64,000 nucleotides of DNA from an uncultured Chloroflexia bacterium (GTDB lineage Bacteria > Chloroflexota > Limnocylindria > Limnocylindrales > CSP1-4), in NCBI GenBank assembly GCA_963802165.1, contig CAWDHT010000017.1:245077-309076 (forward strand), written 5' to 3'. The notes under the pieces were generated by a model, which had not been told where the DNA came from, did not search any database, and saw only the letters and a program-made list of their open reading frames with translations. Below are positions 1 through 9,667 of this stretch, piece by piece (the stretch's first letter is position 1; every line of letters starts with the position of its first letter). The position numbers and the translations under genes were made by a program.

Positions 1-786
1 GTACAGGTTCCCGACGGACCGGCCCTTGACCATCACCGGCGCGCCGAGGAACGAGTGCATCACGGGGTGATGGGGCGGGAATCCGTATCGCCTGGGGTCC
101 CGGGCGATGTCCTCGGCGCGGACGATCCTGCCGTCACGGATGATCGCGCCCAGCAGGCCGTGGCCCCGCGGTGCGGCACCGATTGCCGCCCGTGCCTGGG
201 GCGAGATGCCGCTGGTGATGAACCGCTCGATGCGACCGGTCGCGTCCGCGACGCCGAGCGCGGAGAAGCGCGCGCCAACGAGCTCGCGCACGCGATCCAC
301 GATGACCCCGAGCACGCGGTCGATGTCCAGCTCGGCGGCGACCGCGCGCGTGGCGGCCTCGAGCGCGGCCAGGCGCTCCGCGCGTCCGTGGACCTCGGCG
401 CGCGACCAGGCCGCCTCCACGACCATCTCCAGGCCTCGCACCACCGGGTCCCTGGTGCCATCGGGGCCATCGAGAAACAGGCGCGCGAGCGTCGTATGTC
501 CCTCGTGGGAGCCCAGCTGGTACCGGGCAAGCCCGGTGCGCTCCTCCTCGGGCGGAAGGTCGGCAAGCGACCCGGCCCCCACGGTGACCGTCGTGAGTGG
601 CGGCGCGCAGACCTCGAGGATGGCACCGTGTGCACCGGCCACAGCGAGGACGCCATCGACGCTGTCGCGAAGCGCCGCCAGCCGCTCCGGCGACGGGTCA
701 TCCTGCCAGCGCTCGAGGGCCTCCAGGGTGGCGGCGAGGGGGAACGGTTCGAGCCGGGCCGGTGCGGGCCGAGAAAACGGGAGCAT
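1..786 (-). CDS. GAF domain-containing protein (N-terminal part; 3' end runs off window start)
   Basis: Hand translation of the minus strand gives MLPFSRPAPA...RAEDIARDPRRYGFPPHHPVMHSFLGAPVMVKGRSVGNLY, a typical GAF-domain C-terminal motif. ATG at 784-786 is preceded by an in-frame stop at 793-795. Absent from the ORF track because the window edge cuts it before any stop. Confidence 0.65.
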   Translation of the reverse strand, partial: MLPFSRPAPARLEPFPLAATLEALERWQDDPSPERLAALRDSVDGVLAVAGAHGAILEVCAPPLTTVTVGAGSLADLPPEEERTGLARYQLGSHEGHTTLARLFLDGPDGTRDPVVRGLEMVVEAAWSRAEVHGRAERLAALEAATRAVAAELDIDRVLGVIVDRVRELVGARFSALGVADATGRIERFITSGISPQARAAIGAAPRGHGLLGAIIRDGRIVRAEDIARDPRRYGFPPHHPVMHSFLGAPVMVKGRSVGNLY

Positions 787-881
787 CGGCCGCAGCCTAC
801 CAGCCCTTGCCCGATGCGGGACGCCGGTCCTGCGGCGTTCGGGCCAAAGGTCCCTTAGCAGGATTACCATGCGCGCACACC

Positions 882-2282
882 ATGTCCCGATCGTTCACCA
901 CCCCGAAGCCCGGAGTGCCCCTGCCCGTGGAGCCCACCGTTCACACCCAGCCCGACGTTGCATCCCCCGCCGAGCCCGAGCCGAACGGCGCCACAGACAG
1001 CGGCCTGAGCCGCCGCGGCTTCCTGCGTGTCGCCGGTGCCGTCGGCCTGACCGGCGTCGCCGCCAGCGTCGCCGCGTGCACCACCGCGGCCGCTCCCGCA
1101 TGGAGTTTCGGCGCCCCCGCGACACCCGGCGCGGCCACCGCGGCCCCCAGCGCCGCTCCCGCGAGCGAAGCCCCCGCGAGTGCGGCCCCGTCCGCCAGTG
1201 CGGCCCCGTCCGCCTCGCCCGCCGCCAGCATCCCGCCCGGCTGGACCGAGCATGACATCGCCGCCCGTGATGTCGTCCGCCGCTACGTCGGCAACCTGGC
1301 GCCCGCCCTGGCGGAGATCTACCCGCCCGAGGTGTTCGCCAAGCTGGCCGACATCCTGGGGGCCGCCGACAACTACCCCGAGCTCCAGTTGAAGCCGTCC
1401 TTCGCGCAGGTCCAGAACCTGCTCATCACGGACGCCGTTTCGCCGCTGACGCCGGAGCTGGACGGAGACGTCAAGGTCTTCCGTCTGACGGTCGACGAGA
1501 TGGAATGGCCCATCGACGAGAAGTTGCCGACCGTCGCGGCGCTGGGGTTCAATGCCCAGTGGCCGGGGCCGACGATCCGCGCCACCGAGGGCGACAAGAT
1601 CCGCGTCATCTTCAAGAACAACCTCAAGGAGACGACGAGCGTCCACTTCCACGGTGTCGAGTTCGAGGACTTCTTCGAGGATGGCGTCCCGTTCGTCACC
1701 CAGAAGCCGTTCGCGCCGGGCGAGGAGTACGCCTACAACTTCGTGGCCAGCCGGCCCGGGTCCCTGATGTACCACTCCCACCACAACGCCACCGACCAGG
1801 TCGGGCGTGGCCTGTTGGGTGGGTTCGTGGTGGAGCCCAAGAAGAAGGCCGCTGTCGACCAGTTCGACCGCGAGTACGTCTGGATCTCGAACGACGCGCT
1901 CGGCGGCTTCACGATCAACGGGCACGGCTTCCCCGCCGTGGTGCCGGTGCTCGCGGCGCAGGGCGAGACCGTCCGCGTCCGATTCATGAACGAGGGGAAC
2001 ATGATGCACCCGTGGCACAGCCACGGATACCCGATGAAGGTCGTCGCGCGCGACGGCTACCCGCTCACGGAGGCCGCGTTCGTCTGCGACACGCTGGGCG
2101 TCAACCCGGGCGAGCGCTGGGACGTGAACATCACGGCTGACCGGCTCGGCATCTGGGCCTTCCACTGCCACGTCCTCCCCCACGTCGAGGGCGCCGACGG
2201 CATGTTCGGCATGGTGACCACGCTGATCGTGGTCCCCACCAAGGAGGACGTCGACACGATCGTCGCGTCCCTCCTCGCGTAG
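882..2282 (+). CDS. Multicopper oxidase with Tat signal peptide
   Basis: SRRGFLRVAGAVGL twin-arginine motif. All four copper-binding motifs present: HFHG, HSHH, HPWHSHG and HCHVLPH. Start is the in-frame ATG at 882 within ORF 597..2282. Confidence 0.85.
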   Translation: MSRSFTTPKPGVPLPVEPTVHTQPDVASPAEPEPNGATDSGLSRRGFLRVAGAVGLTGVAASVAACTTAAAPAWSFGAPATPGAATAAPSAAPASEAPASAAPSASAAPSASPAASIPPGWTEHDIAARDVVRRYVGNLAPALAEIYPPEVFAKLADILGAADNYPELQLKPSFAQVQNLLITDAVSPLTPELDGDVKVFRLTVDEMEWPIDEKLPTVAALGFNAQWPGPTIRATEGDKIRVIFKNNLKETTSVHFHGVEFEDFFEDGVPFVTQKPFAPGEEYAYNFVASRPGSLMYHSHHNATDQVGRGLLGGFVVEPKKKAAVDQFDREYVWISNDALGGFTINGHGFPAVVPVLAAQGETVRVRFMNEGNMMHPWHSHGYPMKVVARDGYPLTEAAFVCDTLGVNPGERWDVNITADRLGIWAFHCHVLPHVEGADGMFGMVTTLIVVPTKEDVDTIVASLLA

Positions 2283-2294
2283 CCGGCAGGGGGA

Positions 2295-2813
2295 ATGACG
2301 GTCATGACGTCGCGGCCGCGACACGAGGCGCTCTCCGAAGGGGAGCCCGCACGTCCGGCCGTGCCGTCCACAGGCAAGATGAAGCTGCTCCTGGCCACGG
2401 ACCTGTCGGAGGCGTCCTCGTCTGCCACGGAGCAGGCCTTCGAGCTGGCGGCGCGCCTGGGCGCGTCGCTGCTGATCGTGTCCGTGATCGACCCGGGCTC
2501 GCTGCTCCTGCCGGGCGGGCGCTTCCGGGCGCGCGTGGACCAGGTTCGGGAGCGCCGCGAGCAGCAGGCGCAGGCCCTCGTCGAGCGCGGCCGCATTGAC
2601 GGTATCGACGTGTCATTCCTCGTCTGGACGGGCGACCCAGGCGACCAGATCGTCTCGGCCGCCGAGGCGGAGCGCGTGGACATGGTCCTCGTGGGGAGCC
2701 ACGGCCGAGGTGCCGTCGGGCGGCTGTTCCTGGGGAGCGTGTCGGAGCACGTCGTCCGCAATGCGCCGTGCCCGGTGCTGGTCGTCAGGCCGCTGGAGAC
2801 GGCGCCGCATTAG
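2295..2813 (+). CDS. Universal stress protein (UspA family)
   Basis: MKLLLATDLSEAS...VLVGSHGRGAVGRLFLGSVSEHVVRNAPCPVLVV matches the UspA fold. The real start may be the internal ATG near 2379. Confidence 0.8.
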   Translation: MTVMTSRPRHEALSEGEPARPAVPSTGKMKLLLATDLSEASSSATEQAFELAARLGASLLIVSVIDPGSLLLPGGRFRARVDQVRERREQQAQALVERGRIDGIDVSFLVWTGDPGDQIVSAAEAERVDMVLVGSHGRGAVGRLFLGSVSEHVVRNAPCPVLVVRPLETAPH

Positions 2814-2990
2814 GCACCACATGACGGTGGCGGGTGCCGCGCACGCGCGGACCGGCCATCGAGCCCACCGCCGCCACGACGCCCGACGGATCAGAGGTCC
2901 GCCGGGCGTCCGGCCATCCGGACCAGGGTATCTGCCGCCTCGCCCGGACGGCTGGCAGCCGTTCACTCCCCGTTCTGCACGGTTGGGGCA

Positions 2991-3419
2991 ATGATCGCGC
3001 GACTCTTCGCCCGCCACGCTGGTGGTGCCCCAGCCCGCCAGGTGTCAGAGATGTTCGCCAATCCCCAGACCGGTCCCCGCCGATCCCCCACCGCCGATGA
3101 TCTCGAGCAGCGCTATCTCGCCCTGCACGGGGGCGACCGCGAGGCCGCGGCCCGCAACCTCGCCGTCGACCTGATGATGGTCGAGCTGCGGGCGCTGCCG
3201 CTCGACTCGATGCCTGGTCCGGCCGCGACCCGCCGGCTGCGGCGCGCCGCGGTCACCGCGTGCGGCGTCCTCCGCCTCCCCATGGGGCATGCCCTGACGG
3301 TCTACGAGGACACCGTGGAACACGCGGTGGAGCGGATGCTCCCGGTGCCGCTCGGCGCGGGCGGCAACCCGATCTCCCGCTGGGAGGCCGCCGCCCTCAC
3401 GACCCGCCGTGCCGCCTGA
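2991..3419 (+). CDS. Hypothetical protein
   Basis: 142-aa ORF with plausible composition, sitting between uspA and the convergent CoA-transferase gene. I recognise no conserved motif. Confidence 0.35.
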   Translation: MIARLFARHAGGAPARQVSEMFANPQTGPRRSPTADDLEQRYLALHGGDREAAARNLAVDLMMVELRALPLDSMPGPAATRRLRRAAVTACGVLRLPMGHALTVYEDTVEHAVERMLPVPLGAGGNPISRWEAAALTTRRAA

Positions 3420-3431
3420 AGGACAGCGGCG

Positions 3432-4227
3432 CTACTTCGTGTAGACACCCTCCGGATCGAGCTCCTCGCGGACCAGGCGCAGCTCCTCTACGGTGGGTGC
3501 CGGCGTGGGAGCCAGGCTGGGACTGATCTTCGGCTCCCAGGCGACGGTCGCGCGGACCTCGTCCAGGGTCGCACCCGGGTGCAGGAAGTCCAGCCGCATC
3601 TCCCCCGTCTCGTCGAAGTGCCAGATCCCGAGGTCAGTGACCACGACGCTGGGCCCGCGGCCGTTCCAGCCGCCGGCCTTGCGGATGGCCTCCGCGTGCT
3701 CGGCCCCACCGAGGTTGCCCGGGCGACGTCCGGAAGTCGATCCGCTCGACGAAGGACCGGCTCGACTGGCGCATGATCACGAACACCTGCTTCGCGTTGA
3801 TCGCGATCTCGCAGGCGCCGCCCGAGCCCGGCAGCCGCGTCTTCGGGGCGTCGTAGTCCCCGATCACGGTCGAGTTGAGGTTGCCGAAGCGGTCGATCTG
3901 GGCCGCGCCCAGGAAGCCGACGTCGATCAGGCCCCGCTGCAGGTAGAAGGCGAACAGCTCGAACATCGACACGACGGCCGTGGCGCCGGTCACGATCGTG
4001 GGATCGCCGATCGACAGCGGTAGTCGGGCCGGCCGCGCCCCGAACACGCCGGCCTCGTACACGAGCTCCATGTCCGGGGCGACGGTGCGCTTCGCGAGGT
4101 TGACGGCGATGTTGGGCAGGCCGACGCCCACGAAGCAGACGTGCTGGCCCGCCAGCTCGCGTGCGGCCGCGACGATCATCATCTCGGACTTCGAGAAGGC
4201 GAGGACGCGCTCGGTCGGCTCGGTCAT
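3432..4227 (-). pseudogene. Glutaconate/3-oxoacid CoA-transferase subunit B, frameshifted (two ORFs 3634..4227 and 3432..3644)
   Basis: N-terminal part MTEPTERVLAFSKSEMMIVAAARELAGQHVCFVGVGLPNIA...GSGGACEIAINAKQVFVIMRQSSRSFVERIDFRTSPG. C-terminal part ...GNLGG...VVTDLGIWHFDETGEMRLDFLHPGATLDEVRATVAWEP lies in another frame. The junction is at the cccggg run near 3718-3723. Confidence 0.75.
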
Positions 4228-5150
4228 CGGTAGTCACCGTAGTCGACCGAGCCGGAGGGGGCGCTGCCGGGCCGCAGGGAGGCCACGCGCTCCTCGCCCA
4301 GCTTCTGGACGTACGCGGCGCGATCGGGCATGTCGTACACCCACTCGCGCAGCCAGGCCTGGGTCTTCTCCTCGTCCCGGCTGATCGGGTCCCAGTCGAG
4401 GTAGAAGCGGTTGTCGCGGTCGTAGGCGCCCTGGACATAGCTGGGATGGGCGCCGAACGGGTCTACCACCACGGCGTCCACGATCAGGCCCGGGATCACC
4501 GTCCGGTTGGGATCCGCCCGGATCACCGACTCCTCGACCAGCTCCTCCACCACCACGATCACGCGGTCGGCGGCGAAGGCGGCCTCCTTCTGGCAGCCCA
4601 GCAGGCCCCAGATCTGGGTGTTGCCGCTGGCGTCCGCGCGCTGGGCGTGGATCACGGTCACGTCCGGGTTGAGCGGCGGCACCGCGTAGACCACCTCGTC
4701 CGAGTAGGGGGACTTGATCGGCCGGATCAGCGGGTTCGCCTTCGGCAGGTCCGTCTCGAAGTAGGAGCGGAGCGGCATGAACGGCAGGTTGGCGGCGCCC
4801 GCCGTGTAGCGCGACACCATGCCGAAGTGGCTGTACTCCTCCACCTCGAGCGGGGTGCCATCCCCCACCGACGCGGGCTCGATCCGCCGACGGATCGCGT
4901 TGAGGCCACCGACGCCCGGGTTGCCCAGCCAGGAGAAGATCAGCTTGCGAGCGACGCCACCGGCGATCATCTGGTCGTAGACCAGGTCCGGCGTCATGCG
5001 GGCGAGCGTCAGGTCGCGCTTGCCCTGGCGGATGATCTCGTGACCCGCCGAGAAGCCGATCAGGTGGGTGAACCCCTCGATGGCGACGGTGTCGCCGTCG
5101 CGGACGAGATCCGCGACGGCATCCCGCATCGAGGCGACCTTGCCGGGCAT
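4224..5150 (-). CDS. CoA-transferase subunit A (glutaconate CoA-transferase family)
   Basis: MPGKVASMRDAVADLVRDGDTVAIEGF... is a typical subunit-A N-terminus. Its stop overlaps the subunit-B start (ATGA), indicating translational coupling. Confidence 0.85.
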   Translation of the reverse strand: MPGKVASMRDAVADLVRDGDTVAIEGFTHLIGFSAGHEIIRQGKRDLTLARMTPDLVYDQMIAGGVARKLIFSWLGNPGVGGLNAIRRRIEPASVGDGTPLEVEEYSHFGMVSRYTAGAANLPFMPLRSYFETDLPKANPLIRPIKSPYSDEVVYAVPPLNPDVTVIHAQRADASGNTQIWGLLGCQKEAAFAADRVIVVVEELVEESVIRADPNRTVIPGLIVDAVVVDPFGAHPSYVQGAYDRDNRFYLDWDPISRDEEKTQAWLREWVYDMPDRAAYVQKLGEERVASLRPGSAPSGSVDYGDYR

Positions 5151-5208
5151 GGGCCTCCGCTCCTGGTCGAGTGACGTCGCTGAGTGTAGTCCTGGGCGGG
5201 GTCTGACC

Positions 5209-6594
5209 CTACCGCCCCGAGGCGCCGAACCCCTCGGTGGCGTACCCGGCGCGCTGGGCCGCCTTGCGCTCGGCCACGTCCTCGGCACGGTGCCCGGCCA
5301 CGTGGGCGACGGCCTCCGTGAACAGCCGGATCGCGGTGTCCGCCTCGGACTGGGTCACGACCAGCGGCGGCGACATCCGCACGCAGTCGTCGCCGGCCTC
5401 GAGGATGAGCAGACCGCGGTCGAACGACTGCATCTCGACCGCGTCCGCGGTCTCGCCGGAGTCGAACTGGACACCGATCATCAGGCCCTTGCCGCGGACG
5501 TCCTTGACGATGCCGGGGAACCGGTCCATGAGCGGTCGCAGCCCGTCCATCACCTGGCGGCCACGGATGCCGGCATTGGCGATGAGGCCGCCCTCGAGGA
5601 GCCTGATCGTCTCCATCAGCGCGGCGAGCGAGACCGGGTTGCCGCCGTAGGTGCTGCCGTGGGCGCCGGGACCCCAGGACATCACGTCGGCGCGGGCGAT
5701 GGTGGCGCCGACCGGCATGCCGGAGCCGATCCCCTTGGCCGTGAGCAGGATGTCCGGCTCCACGTCCCAGTGCTGCATGGCCCACATCTTCCCGCTCCGG
5801 CCCGCACCCGACTGGATCTCGTCCGCGATGAGCAGGATGCCGTGGCGATCGCACAGCTCGCGCAGGTTCGCGAGGAAGTCGTCCTCGGGGACGACGTACC
5901 CGCCCTCGCCCTGGATGGGCTCGACGATGACCGCCGCGAACTCGTCGGCGGGCATCAGGCGCTTGAAGACGCGCTTCTCGATCTCCTCGATGCCCTCATT
6001 GCCGAAGGGCACGTGGTAGACGCCGGGGAGCAGCGGTCCGAAGTGGGCGTGGTACTTGGCCTTCGACGCCGTGAGGCTGACGGCGCCCATCGTCCGTCCG
6101 TGGAAGGCGCCCAGGAAGGCGATCACGTTCGGACGGCGGGTGTGGTATCTCGCCAGCTTCAGGCCGGCCTCAACCGCCTCGGCACCGGAGTTGCCAATGA
6201 AGGTCCGCTTGGCACCCGACATGGGGGCGATGCGCGCGAGCTCCGCGGCGGCCTGGGCGTAGATCGGCAGGTAGAAGTCGCTCGCCGAGAAGTGCTGGAG
6301 CTCGTCGGCCTGGCGCTTGATCGCGGCGACGACGTCCGGGTGGCTGTGCCCGGTGGAGTTGACCGCGATGCCGGCGGCGAAGTCCAGGAACACGTTGCCG
6401 TCGATGTCTTCGACCGCGCAGCCCAGGCCGCGCACGGGCACGATCGGGTAGGCGCGCGGGAGGCTGGGACTCGTCCAGGCGTGGTCGAACTCGATGTGCG
6501 CGCGGGCCTTGGGGCCCGGCAGCTCGGTCACGATGTCCGGGATCGGACGCGCCTGGAGCGGGGTGGTCACGGGGCCTCCTGGGCTGGAACGCAT
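5209..6594 (-). CDS. Class III aminotransferase, 4-aminobutyrate (GabT/DavT)-like
   Basis: LPGPKA, EIQSGAGRSGKMWAMQHWDVEPDILLTAKGIGSGMPVGA and GSTYGGNP motifs. A GTG 24 nt downstream (6570) is preceded by AGGAGG-N4 and may be the real start. The rest of the 732-aa ORF is spurious read-through. Confidence 0.85.
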   Translation of the reverse strand: MRSSPGGPVTTPLQARPIPDIVTELPGPKARAHIEFDHAWTSPSLPRAYPIVPVRGLGCAVEDIDGNVFLDFAAGIAVNSTGHSHPDVVAAIKRQADELQHFSASDFYLPIYAQAAAELARIAPMSGAKRTFIGNSGAEAVEAGLKLARYHTRRPNVIAFLGAFHGRTMGAVSLTASKAKYHAHFGPLLPGVYHVPFGNEGIEEIEKRVFKRLMPADEFAAVIVEPIQGEGGYVVPEDDFLANLRELCDRHGILLIADEIQSGAGRSGKMWAMQHWDVEPDILLTAKGIGSGMPVGATIARADVMSWGPGAHGSTYGGNPVSLAALMETIRLLEGGLIANAGIRGRQVMDGLRPLMDRFPGIVKDVRGKGLMIGVQFDSGETADAVEMQSFDRGLLILEAGDDCVRMSPPLVVTQSEADTAIRLFTEAVAHVAGHRAEDVAERKAAQRAGYATEGFGASGR

Positions 6595-7172
6595 AGAAAT
6601 GATGCAGAGTGAATATACCAGAGCGCCCCGGGCGGTCGATGGGCCGTTCGGCGGCTGGGATGGGCCGTTCGGCCAGTGCGCCGGGTTCCGGCACCCGGGT
6701 CCCGAGGCACATCGCTCGCGCACGCCCGCCTGGCGGGCAATGATCACGCCAAGCGTAGTTCCGCTCGCGTGGCGGGCCATTCGTCGCACGCCACGGCGAG
6801 CGGCGCAACCAGCGCCTCGCCCGGCGGACAGGATGAGCAAGGCAGGCGCCCGTTCGCCCTCTGGGCGGGCGGCGCGGGTGCCTCCGGCGGCGCCGGTTCG
6901 ATCGGGCAGCCGCGGCCCACGGGTCGCGCAGGACCCTCGCTCAAGTGACACCACGTCGGGGGACCACGCTTGGCCCGGGCCGCCAGGGGGACCATTCGTC
7001 GCCAGCGGCCGACGGCTTGCCCTCTCGGCGGCACGGCAACGGCGGTGCGGCGCGTAGCCAAGCCTCTTGGTGTCGCCGGGCGGACGATCCGTCGAACGAG
7101 GGCGATGAATGGGCCGCACTCCGGCCCGACCAGGAACTGCCGAGCCGAGCCGCACTCCGGCCCGGAGGCGCG

Positions 7173-7663
7173 CTACGGGTCGCAGTCGCCGGGGACGCCG
7201 GGACCGGGTGCCGGGCCCATCATCGGCGTACCGGACCAGATGTCGATCCGGCCGCACGAGAGGTCGACCCGTGCACCCATCGCCCTTGGACTCGCCGCTG
7301 CCGTCGGCGTTCTGCAGACACCACACATCACCGGCGACGACGGTCGTTGCCACGAGCGACGCGACCAGCACCGGTCCTGATCTGTGCGACCCAGGGCAGC
7401 GGACCAAGGTCGGAAAGGCCCAGGTCGGCGCGCTGGCCGGCAGGGATGGGCCGCCCCGCCGCGCCGTTCACGGTCAGCATCACCGGGATCGTCGTCCCGT
7501 TCGACACCTCGAGGCGCATCTGCTCGGGCGGCGTCACGACCTTGACGCCGAGGGTCACGGGCGTGGGAGTCGGGCTGTCGGCGGCCACGGGAGAGAGGAG
7601 CAGCCGGCCACGGCACCGAGCCATCGCCAGCGTCAGGACCATCGACCGCACGAGGGACCGCAT
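7173..7663 (-). pseudogene. Hypothetical secreted protein, apparently split across three minus-strand frames
   Basis: Signal-peptide-like MRSLVRSMVLTLAMARCRGRLLLSPVAA followed by ...VNGAAGRPIPAGQRADLGLSDLGPLPWVAQI in frame 7328..7708. Plausible continuations (GDVWCLQNADGSGESKGDGCTGRPL and SCGRIDIWSGTPMMGPAPGPGVPGDCDP*) lie in two other frames. Confidence 0.3.
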
Positions 7664-7720
7664 CTCCGCTCCTCGGGCGCGGACCCGGCCGCCCGGGCCC
7701 CGCCTCACGCCACTGTAGGG

Positions 7721-9293
7721 TCAGTCGACGACGGTGTGGCTCTGCTCGCGCAGAAACTGCGCGACGTAGTACATGGACAGGCCGGACTTGCCCGTGGAAC
7801 CGGAGCCCTTCCAGCCGCCAAAGGCCTGCACGCCCGGCCAGGCGCCGGTGGTCGCGCCCGCCCGCCGGTTGACATACAGGACGCCCGCGTGGACCTCGTC
7901 CAGGAACCGCTGGACCTCGGCCGGATCCTCCGAGTAGACACCGGCCGTCAGGCCGTAGATGTTGTCGTTGGTCAGGGCGATCGCCTCGTCGACCGAGTCC
8001 ACTGCGGCAACCGCCGTGAAGGGCGAGAACAGCTCGTCATGGAACAAGCGGTGGGTCACCGGCAGGCCGACGACGGTGGGCTCCACGTAGGTGCCGCGGG
8101 CAAGGTCACCCTCGGTCAGCCGGTGGCCCCCGGTGAACACCGTTCCGTCGCGCCGGGCCTCGGCCACGGCCTGCTGGTGGCGATCGACCGCGTGCTGGTC
8201 GATGACAGGACCGAGGAATACGGCGCGGTCGAGCGGGTTGCCAACGACCAGGCGCTCCGTCTTGTCGACGAGGAGGCGCACAAGCTCGTCGTGGACCGGC
8301 CGCTGGACGTAGACGCGGCTGTTCGCCGAGCACTTCTGCCCGCCGAACCCGAACGCCGCGCGCATGATCCCCTCGGCCGCCTCCTCGAGGTCGGCGCTGG
8401 CCAGCACCATCGCCGTGTTCTTGCCGCCCATTTCCACGATGCACGGGCGGGGATAGGTCTTCGAGAAGCTGCGGAAGATGTCGAAGCCGACGTCGTAGGA
8501 GCCGGTGAACACGATGCCGTCGATCCCCGGGTTCTCCTGCAGCTCTTCGCCGACGGTGGCTGCCCGGTCCCATGACGAGGTTGAACACGCCATCCGGGAC
8601 ACCTGCGTCGCGGTACACCTCGGCCAGGATGACCCCGGTGAGGGCCGAGACCGAGGCCGGCTTGAACACGACGGCATTGCCGGCCATGAGGGCAGCCGAC
8701 GACGGGCCGGCCGCGAGCGCCATCGGGAAGTTGAACGGGCTGATGACCGCGAACACGCCGTGCGGGCGGAGGATCGAGCGCGTGTGAACCGCCGGATCGC
8801 CCAGGTTGTCCATCTCGTGGTCGTAGTAGGCGTTGTCCTCGGCCGTCTTCGCGTAGTAGCGGATGAGGTCGGCCACCTCCTCGACCTCGCCGAGGGCCTC
8901 CATCCGCGTCTTGCCCACCTCGTAGGCCATGACGCCCGCGTACTCCATCAGGCGCTCCGAGATGAGCTCCGCGGCAGTGCGGAGGATCTCCACGCGCCGC
9001 TCCCAGCCGAGGTGGAACCAGGCCGGCTGCGCCCGGCGTGCCGCCGCGATCGCGTCCTGGACGTCGTCGCGGATGCCGCGCGCGAACGTGCCGACCACGA
9101 TGTCGTGATCGATCGGCGAGCGGACCTCGAAGGTCCCGTCGCCGTCGCGCTCGACCCCATCGATGAGGTTGCGGTGGTAGCCACCGAGGCGAGCTCGCGC
9201 TCCCTCGAGACCGTCCTCGAACAGGGCGTGCAGTTCCTCGTTGTCGGCGCGCAGGGTGGCATAGGTGATCTTGGGACGCGGCGTGGTGGTCAT
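7721..9293 (-). pseudogene. L-glutamate gamma-semialdehyde (1-pyrroline-5-carboxylate) dehydrogenase-like aldehyde dehydrogenase, frameshifted
   Basis: N-terminal ORF 8106..9293 (MTTTPRPKITYATLRADNEELHALFEDGL...FNLVMGPGS) and C-terminal ORF 7721..8677 (TVGEELQENPGIDGIVFTGSYDVG...EMGGKNTAMV...GQKCSANSRVYV) together give a complete Thermus-type P5CDH. The frame change is at about 8553-8563, where one extra C sits in agcCacc. Confidence 0.8.
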
Positions 9294-9423
9294 CTCTGAT
9301 CCTCTGGGGCGGGACGCGGGCGCGGTCGAGCGACCCGGAGCGTACCGGCCCCGACCGTATCGGGTCCAGCGCGGTGCGAACCTCCCCGCGCGAGCCTCCC
9401 CTGCGCCGAGCGCCCCCGGGCGG

Positions 9424-9651
9424 TCAGCCGCCCGAGAAGATCGGCGAGACGAGGATCCGGTCGCCCGGCTCCAGGGGCTCGTCCGGCTCCACCGCCCAGC
9501 CGTTGCGGGCGATGATCATCGGCCGGGCGCGGTCGATGGCGTTCGCGTCGAGGATGTCCGCGACGGTCGAGCCCGGTTCGACGTCCAGCTCCCGGTGGCT
9601 GAAGCCCACGGTGTGGGCGAAGCCGCCGGTCAGCTTGAGGGTGACCTTCAT
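9424..9651 (-). CDS. MoaD/ThiS-family ubiquitin-like sulfur-carrier protein (C-terminal GG)
   Basis: MKVTLKLTGGFAHTVGFSHRELDVEPGSTVADILDANAI...ILVSPIFSGG, 75 aa ending in Gly-Gly. Lies immediately downstream of AOR. Confidence 0.75.
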   Translation of the reverse strand: MKVTLKLTGGFAHTVGFSHRELDVEPGSTVADILDANAIDRARPMIIARNGWAVEPDEPLEPGDRILVSPIFSGG

Positions 9652-9667
9652 CGTCAGGTGAGCGTCC

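Noticed and set aside
864-2324. 486-aa minus-strand ORF opposite the multicopper oxidase gene
   Set aside because: Arg/Gly-rich nonsense translation, entirely antisense to a well-supported gene. This is the typical GC-driven shadow ORF. The same reasoning applies to 5068..6612(+), 7109..8575(+), 22610..24496(-), 24437..26311(+), 35856..37052(-), 38299..39816(-), 43118..44242(+), 44960..46252(-), 48069..49715(-), 49863..51395(-) and 57252..58580(-).
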